The notes: generated by a model not told the origin, from the letters alone. Shown: positions 1 through 9,413, numbered from the stretch's first letter. The stretch is DNA of 63,416 bases from Minisyncoccota bacterium (GCA_018646985.1 JABGTR010000002.1:1-63416), one strand, 5' to 3'. Numbers and translations: made by a program.

Positions 1-447
1 CAGACTGGAATGAGAATTAGTGAGTTAGCTAATCTAAAATTAGAAGATGTTGATCTTGAGAGAAATATTCTTGACATTCAGGCTCAAAAGACCAGAGGTG
101 CTCGTAAGTTGCCTCTTAATGCAGCTGCTAAAGAATCTTTGTTAAGTTATCTTGAGGTTCGTCCTCGAGCTCGAGAAAAGACTGTCTTTTTGACTAAAAC
201 TTGCAGACCTTTCTTGGTCCGTAATATTAGAACTGCGATTGATCGCTACTTCCGCTTAGCAGGTATCAAGAACTCTAAGGTTAATGATCTCAGACATACT
301 TTTATTGCTGAGCAGCTTAAAGCTGGCACTCCTTTAGTTTATGTATCTCAACTAGTTGGTCATAAAAGAATTACTACTACTGAAAAATACCTCAAGTTAA
401 TTGATGAAACTGGGGTCAATCCCAACGTCAAAATTGAAGAGTTATAA
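1..447 (+). CDS. Tyrosine recombinase (XerC/XerD-like), C-terminal part; gene begins upstream of the window
   Basis: Frame is open from base 1 (QTGMRISE, the TGxRxSE catalytic Arg motif); later NDLRHTF and GHKRITTTEKY carry the Arg, His and Tyr catalytic positions. Confidence 0.85.
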   Translation, partial: QTGMRISELANLKLEDVDLERNILDIQAQKTRGARKLPLNAAAKESLLSYLEVRPRAREKTVFLTKTCRPFLVRNIRTAIDRYFRLAGIKNSKVNDLRHTFIAEQLKAGTPLVYVSQLVGHKRITTTEKYLKLIDETGVNPNVKIEEL

Positions 448-449
448 AG

Positions 450-479
450 TTGACAAGTTAAAACTAAAAGAACTACAAT
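450..479 (+). promoter_or_regulatory. Sigma70-type promoter of the trp leader
   Basis: TTGACA at 450-455, 18-nt spacer, TACAAT at 474-479, directly upstream of the leader ATG at 490. Confidence 0.7.
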
Positions 480-489
480 ACACCAACTT

Positions 490-555
490 ATGACAAGTTC
501 ATACACTCACACCAGCTTTTGGTGGACCGGCCGCTATCTATGGCAGTGCGGTTAG
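490..555 (+). CDS. trpL: Trp attenuator leader peptide (21 aa, MTSSYTHTSFWWTGRYLWQCG)
   Basis: Not in the ORF track; translated by hand. Tandem TGG TGG at 520-525 plus a third TGG at 541-543, between the promoter and a terminator upstream of trpB. Confidence 0.8.
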   Translation: MTSSYTHTSFWWTGRYLWQCG

Positions 556-579
556 TTTGTAGTGTATTAAAAATTTGAC

Positions 580-605
580 AACCCGCATCGCTAGCGGGTT
601 TTTTT
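580..605 (+). terminator. Attenuator (intrinsic terminator) of the trp leader
   Basis: AACCCGC(580-586)-7 nt loop-GCGGGTT(594-600) followed by T5. GCGGTT(548-553) can pair alternatively with the 5' arm, and CCGC(531-534) with GCGG(548-551). Confidence 0.8.
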
Positions 606-665
606 ATGGACCAAAGGTCCGTGAAACACCCAATCAATTAAATTAATTAAAGAAAGAAAAATATT

Positions 666-1865
666 ATGAAAAATTACAATTATCCAGATAAAAATGGCCA
701 ATTTGGTCAGTATGGCGGGCGTGTAGTGCCTCCAGCACTTGAGGAAGTTTTAAAAGAAGTGGAGGCAGCTTACCTAGGGTTACGAGATGATCCTCAGTTT
801 ATTGAGGAGTTAAATCATCTTCACCAGACTTATACCGGGCGACCAAACCAGCTTTATCTAGCTGATTCACTAACCAAGAAAGCTGGTGGGGCCAAGATCT
901 ATCTGAAGCGAGAAGATCTCAATCATACTGGGGCTCACAAGATAAATAACACTCTAGGACAAGCTCTAGTAGCTAAAAAACTAGGTAAGACCAAGCTAAT
1001 TGCTGAAACTGGTGCTGGCCAACATGGGGTGGCAGTCGCCACTGTGGCTGCTAAGTTTGGGATGGAGTGTGATATTTATATGGGGCAACGAGATGTGACC
1101 AATCAAAGCATGAATGTTTACCGGATGAAACTTCTGGGAGCTAATGTAATCTCGGTTACCACAGGGCAGAAAACACTCAAGGATGCAATTGATGTAGCTC
1201 TAGGAGCATTTATTGCTGAGCCAGATACTTACTACATGCTGGGTTCGGCGGTTGGCCCCCATCCTTACCCGATGATGGTGCGAGACTTCCAATCCGTGAT
1301 TGGTAAAGAAGCTAGAGAGCAAATCCTCAAAGCTGAAGGAAAACTACCAGACTATGCAGTAGCTTGTGTGGGAGGCGGGTCAAATGCTCTAGGATTATTT
1401 ACAGACTTCATTCCCGATGAAGGAGTCAAATTAATAGCTGTAGAACCTGCTGGTAAGGGAGCAAATACCAACCAACATGGATTAGCTTTAGGTAAAGGTA
1501 AACCAGGGGTAATTCATGGCTTTGAATGTTTAGTGCTTCAAGATGATCAGGGAGAAATAGTTGAGTCTTATTCAGCTGCTTCTGGTCTAGATTATCCAGG
1601 TGTAGGGCCAGAGTTTTGTTTGCTCAAAGACCTGGGTCGAGTCGAAATAGTAGGGGTGACGGATGATGAAGCGGTCAAAGCTTTCCAGCTCCTTTCTAAG
1701 ACTGAGGGGACTATTCCCGCTTTAGAGTCGGCTCACGCAATTGCCTATGCAGTCGAGCTAGCTAGCAAACTCAAGAAGGATCAGACGATTATAGTTAATC
1801 TCTCTGGTCGGGGTGATAAAGACGTCAAGAATGTCTATCAAAATCTAATTAAAAAGGATCAATAA
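666..1865 (+). CDS. trpB: Tryptophan synthase beta subunit (TrpB1 type)
   Basis: REDLNHTGAHKINN (PLP lysine), AETGAGQHG, VGGGSNA, LDYPGVGP and NLSGRGDKD motifs; 399 aa with a TrpB1-like N-terminus (GQFGQYGG). Confidence 0.95.
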   Translation: MKNYNYPDKNGQFGQYGGRVVPPALEEVLKEVEAAYLGLRDDPQFIEELNHLHQTYTGRPNQLYLADSLTKKAGGAKIYLKREDLNHTGAHKINNTLGQALVAKKLGKTKLIAETGAGQHGVAVATVAAKFGMECDIYMGQRDVTNQSMNVYRMKLLGANVISVTTGQKTLKDAIDVALGAFIAEPDTYYMLGSAVGPHPYPMMVRDFQSVIGKEAREQILKAEGKLPDYAVACVGGGSNALGLFTDFIPDEGVKLIAVEPAGKGANTNQHGLALGKGKPGVIHGFECLVLQDDQGEIVESYSAASGLDYPGVGPEFCLLKDLGRVEIVGVTDDEAVKAFQLLSKTEGTIPALESAHAIAYAVELASKLKKDQTIIVNLSGRGDKDVKNVYQNLIKKDQ

Positions 1866-1878
1866 TCACCCAAAATTT

Positions 1879-1909
1879 TGGTGGTGACAACTTACCCCTG
1901 TCACCACCA
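1879..1909. other. Perfect 11-bp inverted repeat between trpB and trpS (mRNA hairpin or weak terminator)
   Basis: TGGTGGTGACA(1879-1889)-9 nt-TGTCACCACCA(1899-1909); no clear U-tract; a TATAAT follows at 1920-1925. Confidence 0.6.
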
Positions 1910-1952
1910 GATATTTAGTTATAATAAATAAGGATTTAAAAGGAAAAATTTT

Positions 1953-2942
1953 ATGAAAAAGAAATTAATATTTTCTGGTATCAGAGCTACAGGCAGGTTG
2001 CACCTAGGTAATTATCTGGGTATGGTCAAGGGAATGCTGCAGCTTCAGGAGGATGAGAAATATCAGCTGTTGTTTTCAGTGGTTGATATTCATGCTGTAA
2101 CTACACCTTACGACAAAGACAAACTCAGCCAGCGTACTTATGATGTAGTCTTGGATTATTTGGCATCTGGACTTGATCCTGAAAAAAGCCTTTTACTGGT
2201 TCAGTCTAAAGTGGGTGACCTGCATGCTGAGTTGGCTTTCTATTTTTCGACTGTCATGACAGTAGCTAGGATGCAGCACTTACCAACTTATAAAGAGAAG
2301 GCTCAACAACACCCAGACAATGTGACGATGGCGTTATTGAATTATCCAGTTCTAATGGCGGCTGATATTTTGGCTTATCATTCAGAATTAGTACCAGTAG
2401 GGATTGATCAAGAACCACATTTGGAAGTAACCAGGGAAGTAGCTCGCAAGATGAATAGTTTATATGGAATGAATTTTCCTGAACCAAAACGATTTGCAAC
2501 TGAAGGTGGTAAAGTGCCGTCTCTGGCCGGTGAAGGTAAGATGAGTAAGTCTATAGAGGGAAGTTATATTAACCTGACTGATGATTTGGAGACAATTAAA
2601 AAGAGGTTGGCTGGTGCGCCCACAGATTCTGGAAAGGGCGAAAGCGTTCCCACCAGTGGTGGAGTGGCTAACTTACTTCAATTTGTAGAACTTTTTATGG
2701 GTGAAGATAAAAGAAAAGGATATGAAGCGATGTACGTCGGTGAAGGCATCCGTTACGGAGATCTTAAAAATGAGTTGGCTGAAGCGATTTATGCTGAGCT
2801 AAAGCCAATTCAAAAAAGACGAGCAGAGCTGGAGAAAAATCCTGAGTATGTAGAGCAAGTTATTGAAGAAGGGGCTAAAAAAGCACGCCAAATCGCCAGC
2901 GCTACCTTAGCAGAAGTTAAAGAAAAAATGGGGCTAAAATAA
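1953..2942 (+). CDS. trpS: Tryptophanyl-tRNA synthetase
   Basis: SGIRATGRLHLGNY (HIGH-like), LMAADIL, VPVGIDQEPHLE and KMSKS motifs. Confidence 0.95.
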   Translation: MKKKLIFSGIRATGRLHLGNYLGMVKGMLQLQEDEKYQLLFSVVDIHAVTTPYDKDKLSQRTYDVVLDYLASGLDPEKSLLLVQSKVGDLHAELAFYFSTVMTVARMQHLPTYKEKAQQHPDNVTMALLNYPVLMAADILAYHSELVPVGIDQEPHLEVTREVARKMNSLYGMNFPEPKRFATEGGKVPSLAGEGKMSKSIEGSYINLTDDLETIKKRLAGAPTDSGKGESVPTSGGVANLLQFVELFMGEDKRKGYEAMYVGEGIRYGDLKNELAEAIYAELKPIQKRRAELEKNPEYVEQVIEEGAKKARQIASATLAEVKEKMGLK

Positions 2943-2943
2943 T

Positions 2944-3267
2944 ATGATTAATATTGATGATTTTGCCAAGGTAGAAATTAAAGTGGGTTTAGTAACTCAA
3001 GCTGAAGATGTAGAAAAAAGTAATAAGCTGATTCGCCTGCAAGTAGATTTTGGCAAAGAAGAACTTCGGACTATTTTTACTGGCGTGAGAACCTTTGGTT
3101 ACGCCCCTGAAGATTTCACAGACAAACAATTTCTATTTGTAACTAATCTTGAACCTCGCAAAATGATGGGTGAAGAATCTCAAGGCATGATTTTGGCTGT
3201 AGATGGGCAAGACAAGCCATTTTTTGTGACTGCAGCGGGTTTACCACTCGGAGCAAAAGTTAGTTAA
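2944..3267 (+). CDS. OB-fold tRNA-binding protein (MetRS C-terminal / Trbp111 / CsaA family)
   Basis: INIDDFAKVEIKVG, KLIRLQVDFG and NLEPRKMMGEESQGMILA signatures. Confidence 0.85.
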   Translation: MINIDDFAKVEIKVGLVTQAEDVEKSNKLIRLQVDFGKEELRTIFTGVRTFGYAPEDFTDKQFLFVTNLEPRKMMGEESQGMILAVDGQDKPFFVTAAGLPLGAKVS

Positions 3268-3291
3268 TGATCATGTTACAATGAGTCTTCA

Positions 3292-5208
3292 ATGACAGAT
3301 AAAAAGAAACCTACTAAAAAAACTCCAGCCCCCAAAAAGGGTAAAAAAAACCAAGTTCCTATTAAAAAAGTAGAGCTAAAAGTTGATTTAAATAAATTTT
3401 TTAGTAAAGGGTTTATTTATCTCATTCTTGGTCTGCTCTTCGTCCCATTTTTGTTCCAGTTATTTTCTGGTGGTTCTAGTGAGCAGATCTCCATTAGTCA
3501 GTTAGTACGTGACATCCGTGAAGAAAAAGTAGAAAAACTAGATGTAGCCGGTCAGCAATTACGAGCTCATTATATTGAAGATGATCAAGTCAGAGTCGCT
3601 CGCAAAGAAGAGGGTCAGCAAGCTTTACAAGTTTTGACTGCCTCTGGGATTGATTTGGCAGAAGTAAATTTGGAGATCGAGAATCTTTCTTTTGGTGACA
3701 TGTTATGGGAATTAGTATTGAATTTATTACCAATTTTATTAATGGTAGTTTTCTTCTTATTTATTTTCCGTCAGGCACGAGGAGCTCAGAATGGTTTGAT
3801 GAATTTTGGTAACAGCAAGGCTAAAGTTTTTGTTAAAGGTAAGCAGAATACAAGCTTCAAAAGCGTAGGTGGAATGGATGAAGCCAAAGCTGAACTCGAA
3901 GAAATTGTTGACTTTTTGAAGAATCCTAAAAAATATCAAAAAGTAGGAGCTCGTACTCCTAAGGGAGTATTGTTGATTGGTCCAGCCGGGACTGGAAAAA
4001 CATTATTGGCACGAGCCGTAGCTGGTGAGGCTAAAGTTCAGTTCTTATCTATTGCTGGGAGTGAGTTTATGGAGATGTTAGTCGGCGTTGGTGCTTCCCG
4101 GGCCAGAGACCTCTTTAAGACTGCCAAAAAACTATCTCCATCAATCATTTTTATTGATGAAATTGACGCCATTGGTAGGCAAAGAAGTCGCGGTGGTGTG
4201 GGAGGAAATGATGAGCGAGAGCAAACTTTAAATCAAATTTTGGTAGAAATGGATGGTTTTACTGCTAATGATAATGTGATTGTAATGGCCGCGACTAATA
4301 GGGGTGATTTATTAGACCCTGCTTTAGTTCGTCCTGGTCGCTTTGATCGTCGAGTTACAGTTCGTCTCCCAGATCTAGAAGAAAGAGCACACATCATCAA
4401 GATCCATGCTAAGAATAAGCCTTTCACTAAAGACTTAAACTGGGATAGAGTCGCTAAACGTACTGTTGGTTTTTCTGGTGCAGACCTAGAAAACATGCTC
4501 AATGAAGCGGCCATTGCGGTGGCTCGTGACATTCGCAAGGAAATTAAATTTACTGACATCGAAGAGGCTTCACTAAAGGTTAAGTTAGGCCGAAGTAAAA
4601 AACGACTTCATGATGAATATGAGCGAAAGCTGACTGCTTATCACGAGGCTGGACATGCAGTGATTGCTCATGTCTCTGCGCATGCAGATCCAGTTCACCG
4701 AGTTTCGATCGTTTCCAGAGGCATGGCTCTGGGATACACTTTAACTCCCCCAGAAAAAGACAAGGTCCAGGTGACTCGCTCTGAGTTGCTTCAAGATATG
4801 ACGGTTATGTTTGGTGGTCGAGCTGCTGAAGAATTAATTTTCAATGAGCTTACTGCTGGAGCTAGTAGTGATATTAAGCGGGCTACTCAGATTGCTAGAT
4901 CAATGGTGGTTGAATATGGGATGAGTGATTTAGGGCCAATGAACTTTAGTCCCCAATACGATGCCGATAGCTATGGTGGTATCTACGGAAAGCCATCTGA
5001 AGTCTCTGATAGTGTTCAAGCTAAGGTTGATGGAGAAATTTCTAAGTTAATTAAAAATGCAGAAACTGAGTCAGTTAAGTTATTAAATAAATATCGAAAA
5101 CAGTTAGATATTATCGCTCTGAAACTCTTAGAAATAGAGACTTTAGATGCTGATGAATTTACCCAATTAATGGGGATGAAAAAAGCTAAGCCTGCTATAC
5201 TTAAGTAA
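3292..5208 (+). CDS. ftsH: ATP-dependent zinc metalloprotease FtsH
   Basis: Two N-terminal TM segments, GPAGTGKT Walker A, IIFIDEID Walker B, ATNR/RPGRFDR second region of homology, HEAGH. Confidence 0.97.
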   Translation: MTDKKKPTKKTPAPKKGKKNQVPIKKVELKVDLNKFFSKGFIYLILGLLFVPFLFQLFSGGSSEQISISQLVRDIREEKVEKLDVAGQQLRAHYIEDDQVRVARKEEGQQALQVLTASGIDLAEVNLEIENLSFGDMLWELVLNLLPILLMVVFFLFIFRQARGAQNGLMNFGNSKAKVFVKGKQNTSFKSVGGMDEAKAELEEIVDFLKNPKKYQKVGARTPKGVLLIGPAGTGKTLLARAVAGEAKVQFLSIAGSEFMEMLVGVGASRARDLFKTAKKLSPSIIFIDEIDAIGRQRSRGGVGGNDEREQTLNQILVEMDGFTANDNVIVMAATNRGDLLDPALVRPGRFDRRVTVRLPDLEERAHIIKIHAKNKPFTKDLNWDRVAKRTVGFSGADLENMLNEAAIAVARDIRKEIKFTDIEEASLKVKLGRSKKRLHDEYERKLTAYHEAGHAVIAHVSAHADPVHRVSIVSRGMALGYTLTPPEKDKVQVTRSELLQDMTVMFGGRAAEELIFNELTAGASSDIKRATQIARSMVVEYGMSDLGPMNFSPQYDADSYGGIYGKPSEVSDSVQAKVDGEISKLIKNAETESVKLLNKYRKQLDIIALKLLEIETLDADEFTQLMGMKKAKPAILK

Positions 5209-5642
5209 TGCAGCTGCCCAAAATTCGCCGACATCTCCTTAAGCAACGTAAATTTCGTCAGCTACTCCTTTCTCTAGCTGTAGTGGCTATTTTTTTGGGT
5301 TTATTAGTAGTTTCTGTAGAAAAAGATAGAGGAAATATTAGAACTTTTCCTGAAGGCTTATGGTGGGCAGCAACCACAATTACAGCCGTTGGTTATGGTG
5401 ACTATGTTCCAGTCACGGGTCCGGGGCGAGTCATTGGGGTAGCTTTGGAAGTGGTGGGTGTAGTTATGTTTGGTTTGTTGATTGCAATCATTAATACTTC
5501 CATGAATAGGGGTCAGGAGGAGTATTATTGGAAAAAACTATTCAAGAGACTGGATAGTGTTGAGTCTGAGCTAGACACTTTAAAAAAACATACCGATTTT
5601 GTAGTCAAAAAAGAGAGCGATGCTGATACACTAAGCAAATGA
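5208..5642 (+). CDS. Two-TM potassium channel pore protein (KcsA-like)
   Basis: TM - WWAATTITAVGYGDYVP pore - TM architecture; the filter reads TAVGYG rather than TTVGYG. Confidence 0.85.
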   Translation: MQLPKIRRHLLKQRKFRQLLLSLAVVAIFLGLLVVSVEKDRGNIRTFPEGLWWAATTITAVGYGDYVPVTGPGRVIGVALEVVGVVMFGLLIAIINTSMNRGQEEYYWKKLFKRLDSVESELDTLKKHTDFVVKKESDADTLSK

Positions 5643-6571
5643 GCTCATTTTTTCATAATGATCATGACACCCTGATGCTAGTCGATGCACATGCGATTAT
5701 TTATCGGGCTTATTATTCTTTTCCACCCACATTGACCACCCCAGAAGGAATGCTGGTCAACGCTGCTTTTGGCTTTGCCCGGATCTTGTTAGTGGCTCTG
5801 CGTGATATGAGTCCTACTCACTTAGCTGTTTCTTTTGACCATCCTAAACCAACTTTTCGTCATCAAGAGTTTAAAGAGTACAAAGCTCATCGAGAGAAAA
5901 TGCCGGATGATTTGATTCCTCAGATTGGTTTGACTAAGGAAATTGTAGAGAAACTAAATATCCCTAAGTTTGAGATGGCTGGCTATGAAGCCGATGACTT
6001 AATTGGAACCTTAAGCAACCAATCACCAATAAAAACCGTCATCGTGACTGGTGATCAAGATATGTTCCAGCTAGTGAATGATAAGATTCACGTGTGGTTA
6101 CCTCCACGTGGGAAACATCCTGCAGATGAGTATGATCAGGAAAAAGTTTCTCAGAAAATTAAAGTTCGTCCAGATCAAGTGATTGATATGAAGGCGCTGA
6201 TGGGTGATAGTTCAGATAATATTCCTGGTATTAGAGGGATCGGTCCTAAGAGTGCCGTCAATTTATTAGATAGGTTTGAAACTTTGGATGGAGTGTATGA
6301 GGCAGTGGCAGAATATGAGCAGCACTCAGATATTCTTAAGGGAGCATTGCTAAAGAAACTCCAGGAAGGCAAAGAGAGTGCCTACTTGAGTCAAAAATTA
6401 GCTGCGATTGATCAAAATGTGCCGATTAGTCTTGATTTAGACTCATGCAAAGTGACTGGCTATGACAAAGAAGAAGCAGTCAAACTCTTCCAAGATCTAG
6501 AATTTCGGTCATTAATACATTTACTACCTAGTGATGAGTTTGAGACCAGTATTCAGGATAGTTTGTTTTAA
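5639..6571 (+). CDS. Stand-alone 5'-3' exonuclease (PolA N-terminal domain type)
   Basis: LVDAHAIIYRAYY, FRHQEFKEYKAHR, YEADDLIG, TGDQD and GDSSDNIPGIRGIG motifs; ends with no polymerase domain. Confidence 0.9.
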   Translation: MSSFFHNDHDTLMLVDAHAIIYRAYYSFPPTLTTPEGMLVNAAFGFARILLVALRDMSPTHLAVSFDHPKPTFRHQEFKEYKAHREKMPDDLIPQIGLTKEIVEKLNIPKFEMAGYEADDLIGTLSNQSPIKTVIVTGDQDMFQLVNDKIHVWLPPRGKHPADEYDQEKVSQKIKVRPDQVIDMKALMGDSSDNIPGIRGIGPKSAVNLLDRFETLDGVYEAVAEYEQHSDILKGALLKKLQEGKESAYLSQKLAAIDQNVPISLDLDSCKVTGYDKEEAVKLFQDLEFRSLIHLLPSDEFETSIQDSLF

Positions 6572-6589
6572 TGATCTATAATAAGCACT

Positions 6590-7714
6590 ATGTCTAAAAA
6601 ACTTAAAGTAGCTCTTATCCACGATTATCTGCGCGAGTATGGTGGTGCAGAGCGGGTACTAGAAGCTCTCCATGATATGTACCCTGATGCACCAGTTTAT
6701 GTTTCTTTTGTTGATGAAAAGGCAATGGGGATGCACTGGCAGCGGTTTGCCGGTTGGGACATTCGTCAGACTTGGTTTGCAAAGATCCCATTGATAAAGA
6801 AAATATATTCACCACTACGAGTTCTGGTAGACAAAGCCTTCATGTCACTAGATTTAGCTGAATATGATTTAGTCATCTCATCCTCCAATGCTTTTGAGGC
6901 TAAGGCAGTTCAGGTGCCAAACGGAACTCATATTTGTTATTGCCACACTCCACCTAGAGCTTTATATGGTTATTCCACCATGACTGATTGGAAAAAAAAT
7001 CCGATCATAAAATTTGCCGGAGCAATCATTAACCACTACATGAGAATTATTGACTTTAAGCATGCTCAAAAAGTTGATCATTTCATTGCCAATTCAGCGG
7101 AGACAGCTCGGCGGATAAAAAAGTTTTATCGTCGTGAAAGTAAAATCATTAATCCACCCATTGATGTCCCTACTGCAGTGCAACTCAAAAAATATCAACA
7201 GCAGGCTGATAAAAAATACCATACTAATTATTACCTTTATCTAAATCGGCTTTCTTTTTCTAAGCATCCGGACTTGGCTGTCCAAGCTGCTAATCAGTTA
7301 GGGATAAACCTAAAAGTCGTTGGCAGTGGCAAGATGGAGCCTAAGCTTAAAGAAATGGCGGGAGATAATATTGATTTCATGGGCGTGGTGAGTGATGAGG
7401 AGCTTCATGTTTTATTAGCTGGAGCTAAAGGCCTAATCTACCCAGTAGAGAATGAGGATTTTGGAATGGTACCGGTAGAGGCCATGGCTCATGGGGTGCC
7501 AGTGATCTCTCATCAGTCTGGGGGGCCGTTAGAAACAGTCACCGATGGAGAAACTGGGATCTTTTTTAAAGAACTAACTATAGATGGTTTAGTAAAAGCT
7601 ATTAATAGATTTAAAAAGACAAAATTCAACTCTCAGAAAATATTCAAACACGCTCAGCAGTTTTCAAAGAATAATTTTGAGAAAAGTATAAAAAGTTTTA
7701 TTGCCCAGCTCTAA
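6590..7714 (+). CDS. Glycosyltransferase family 4
   Basis: KVALIHDYL..YGGAERV N-terminus, CYCHTPPR, and EDFGMVPVEAMAHG (EX7E). Confidence 0.9.
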   Translation: MSKKLKVALIHDYLREYGGAERVLEALHDMYPDAPVYVSFVDEKAMGMHWQRFAGWDIRQTWFAKIPLIKKIYSPLRVLVDKAFMSLDLAEYDLVISSSNAFEAKAVQVPNGTHICYCHTPPRALYGYSTMTDWKKNPIIKFAGAIINHYMRIIDFKHAQKVDHFIANSAETARRIKKFYRRESKIINPPIDVPTAVQLKKYQQQADKKYHTNYYLYLNRLSFSKHPDLAVQAANQLGINLKVVGSGKMEPKLKEMAGDNIDFMGVVSDEELHVLLAGAKGLIYPVENEDFGMVPVEAMAHGVPVISHQSGGPLETVTDGETGIFFKELTIDGLVKAINRFKKTKFNSQKIFKHAQQFSKNNFEKSIKSFIAQL

Positions 7715-9122
7715 TTAGTTCTAAAAAGACCATGTTATTAGCTGCCATGGGGATTTCTGTTCGAATAATTGCCGAATCAGTCGCAATTTGTTGCTGACTG
7801 CGTCTGCCATTGAGATTTTGAATGTTAACCGTGTATTTTCCAGGAACTATATTTTGGAAAGTGACTGGGACTTGTTCGCTATGTCTGCCACGTGGGTCAT
7901 AATTGACCATAATAACTTCTGTATTATTGCTTTCATTTTTGGCAGCTAAAGCTTTAACCCATGAGCCTTTACCAGTGATCTGTAGGCGCTGATCAGCAAT
8001 TCTATCTAACATTTTCAAACCCCAGTAGCGAGGTTTGGGATTAGCTCCGAAGTCATTGTGACCAAATAGGCCCCATCTACCCCATAAAGCTTGCCCAGCC
8101 GGGTCTTTACCATCTTGAATTTCAAAGACGAAAGCTTTTTGGATTTTAGGCACCATTTCAATGGCTCCAGCGACAGTATGAGCAGCTGAGTATCCATTGT
8201 CGTACCCAATATTATTTTCACTGTCATGGCCCCACTCACTAATGTGAAATTCTAATGTTGGCTCTAGTTGTGGATAGTCTTGGATCCATAGCTGAACTTC
8301 ATCCATATCCTTATTAAATTGCTCAATGTCAGTCGTATAGCGGTGCCAAGAAAAGAAATCATAGCGGAGGTTGTTATCAATGGCATGTTTGGCTAAGGCG
8401 TCAAACCAATTTTGATACAAAGCCGTAATAGCTGGACCACCTAGTTTAAAACGCTGCACGCCCCGAGCATTATCAGCGCCTCTAGCAGCATAGGTGTAGA
8501 GATTTAAGTAGTTTCTTTCTCCGTAATATTTCCAACCTCCAAATAGATCTGGCTCGTTCCAAACTTCATAATAAACATCAACAATTCTTCTGGTGCCACT
8601 GACATGCTCAATTGTCTTTTGGATAGTCAGCTGCCAGTCATACCAATTAACTGGTGGACTAGTGATGTCACCTGAAGAAATAGCTGGGGGCATGTAGGAG
8701 AGGGCAATATATGGTTTAGCGCCTGCAGCTAAGATGTCATTTAAAATCAAATCAAATTTAGAGAAATCAAAAGTAATGTTACCAGGAGTACCCTGAACAA
8801 TGTCATAGAAATCATAAATGTGATCTAGGCGGATATATTCAGGATTAAGGGCAGCGACCTGTGGAGTTACCCCCCCTAGTCGCCAGGCATGATCTTCGCC
8901 GCCTTGAGCTAGATATCGCCAAGGTCGTGGCATTGGTCCTAGCACTGCTTGAGTATCTACAACTAAGTTTGCTTCTTGGCCACTAGCTTGTGAAAAGAAC
9001 TGACGGATCTTATCTAGTTGGCTGACACCAATCATGACTATAAAAGTAAGGGTGATTAGAGTCACCCCTCCGATCATATATTTACGGTGCTTTTTTCTTT
9101 TTGAATTAAGTTTTCTATTCAC
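7698..9122 (-). CDS. Membrane-anchored glycoside hydrolase, GH39-like (clan GH-A)
   Basis: Basic N-terminus plus TM helix; YYEVWNEPD (acid/base), FFSWHRY and ISEWG (nucleophile). Confidence 0.75.
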   Translation of the reverse strand: MNRKLNSKRKKHRKYMIGGVTLITLTFIVMIGVSQLDKIRQFFSQASGQEANLVVDTQAVLGPMPRPWRYLAQGGEDHAWRLGGVTPQVAALNPEYIRLDHIYDFYDIVQGTPGNITFDFSKFDLILNDILAAGAKPYIALSYMPPAISSGDITSPPVNWYDWQLTIQKTIEHVSGTRRIVDVYYEVWNEPDLFGGWKYYGERNYLNLYTYAARGADNARGVQRFKLGGPAITALYQNWFDALAKHAIDNNLRYDFFSWHRYTTDIEQFNKDMDEVQLWIQDYPQLEPTLEFHISEWGHDSENNIGYDNGYSAAHTVAGAIEMVPKIQKAFVFEIQDGKDPAGQALWGRWGLFGHNDFGANPKPRYWGLKMLDRIADQRLQITGKGSWVKALAAKNESNNTEVIMVNYDPRGRHSEQVPVTFQNIVPGKYTVNIQNLNGRRSQQQIATDSAIIRTEIPMAANNMVFLELIRAGQ

Positions 9123-9239
9123 TATTGCTAGTCTAGCAAATGTTTTAAATCTAAGTCAGTGTTTATTTATAGTTTTATTGAAAAGGATGTCTTATAATCG
9201 ATTGGAAAGTAGTTAATAATTTGTAGAAAGATAAATAAA

Positions 9240-9413
9240 ATGCTAGAAAATATGCCAGAAGGTTTGGGCGATGAAGAGCAAGAGCTATGGAGAGCAGCAC
9301 ATGCGGGTCAATTACCAGAACAAGATCCAGATGCAACACCAGTAATGCCAGAAGGTTTGGGCGATGAAGAGCAAGAGCTATGGAAATTGGCTCATGAGGG
9401 TGAAGCTAATTAG
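9240..9413 (+). CDS. Small acidic hypothetical protein (57 aa) with an internal duplication
   Basis: Hand translation MLENMPEGLGDEEQELWRAAHAGQLPEQDPDATPVMPEGLGDEEQELWKLAHEGEAN; alternative start at 9252; the duplication keeps the reading frame. Confidence 0.55.
   Translation: MLENMPEGLGDEEQELWRAAHAGQLPEQDPDATPVMPEGLGDEEQELWKLAHEGEAN
9252..9384 (+). repeat. Two identical 40-bp direct repeats, 93 bp apart
   Basis: ATGCCAGAAGGTTTGGGCGATGAAGAGCAAGAGCTATGGA at 9252-9291 and 9345-9384. Confidence 0.95.

Noticed and set aside
1-447. Tyrosine recombinase as evidence of a prophage or integrative element
   Set aside because: Only the 3' part is visible, no att repeats or phage genes follow, and it could be a chromosomal Xer-like gene.
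1879-1909. Hairpin after trpB as a definite terminator or T-box element
   Set aside because: No U-tract and no T-box consensus or specifier stem seen; kept only as an inverted repeat.
9252-9384. 40-bp direct repeats as a mini CRISPR array
   Set aside because: Only two copies, 53-bp gap, no palindrome, no cas genes, and the repeat keeps a coding frame.
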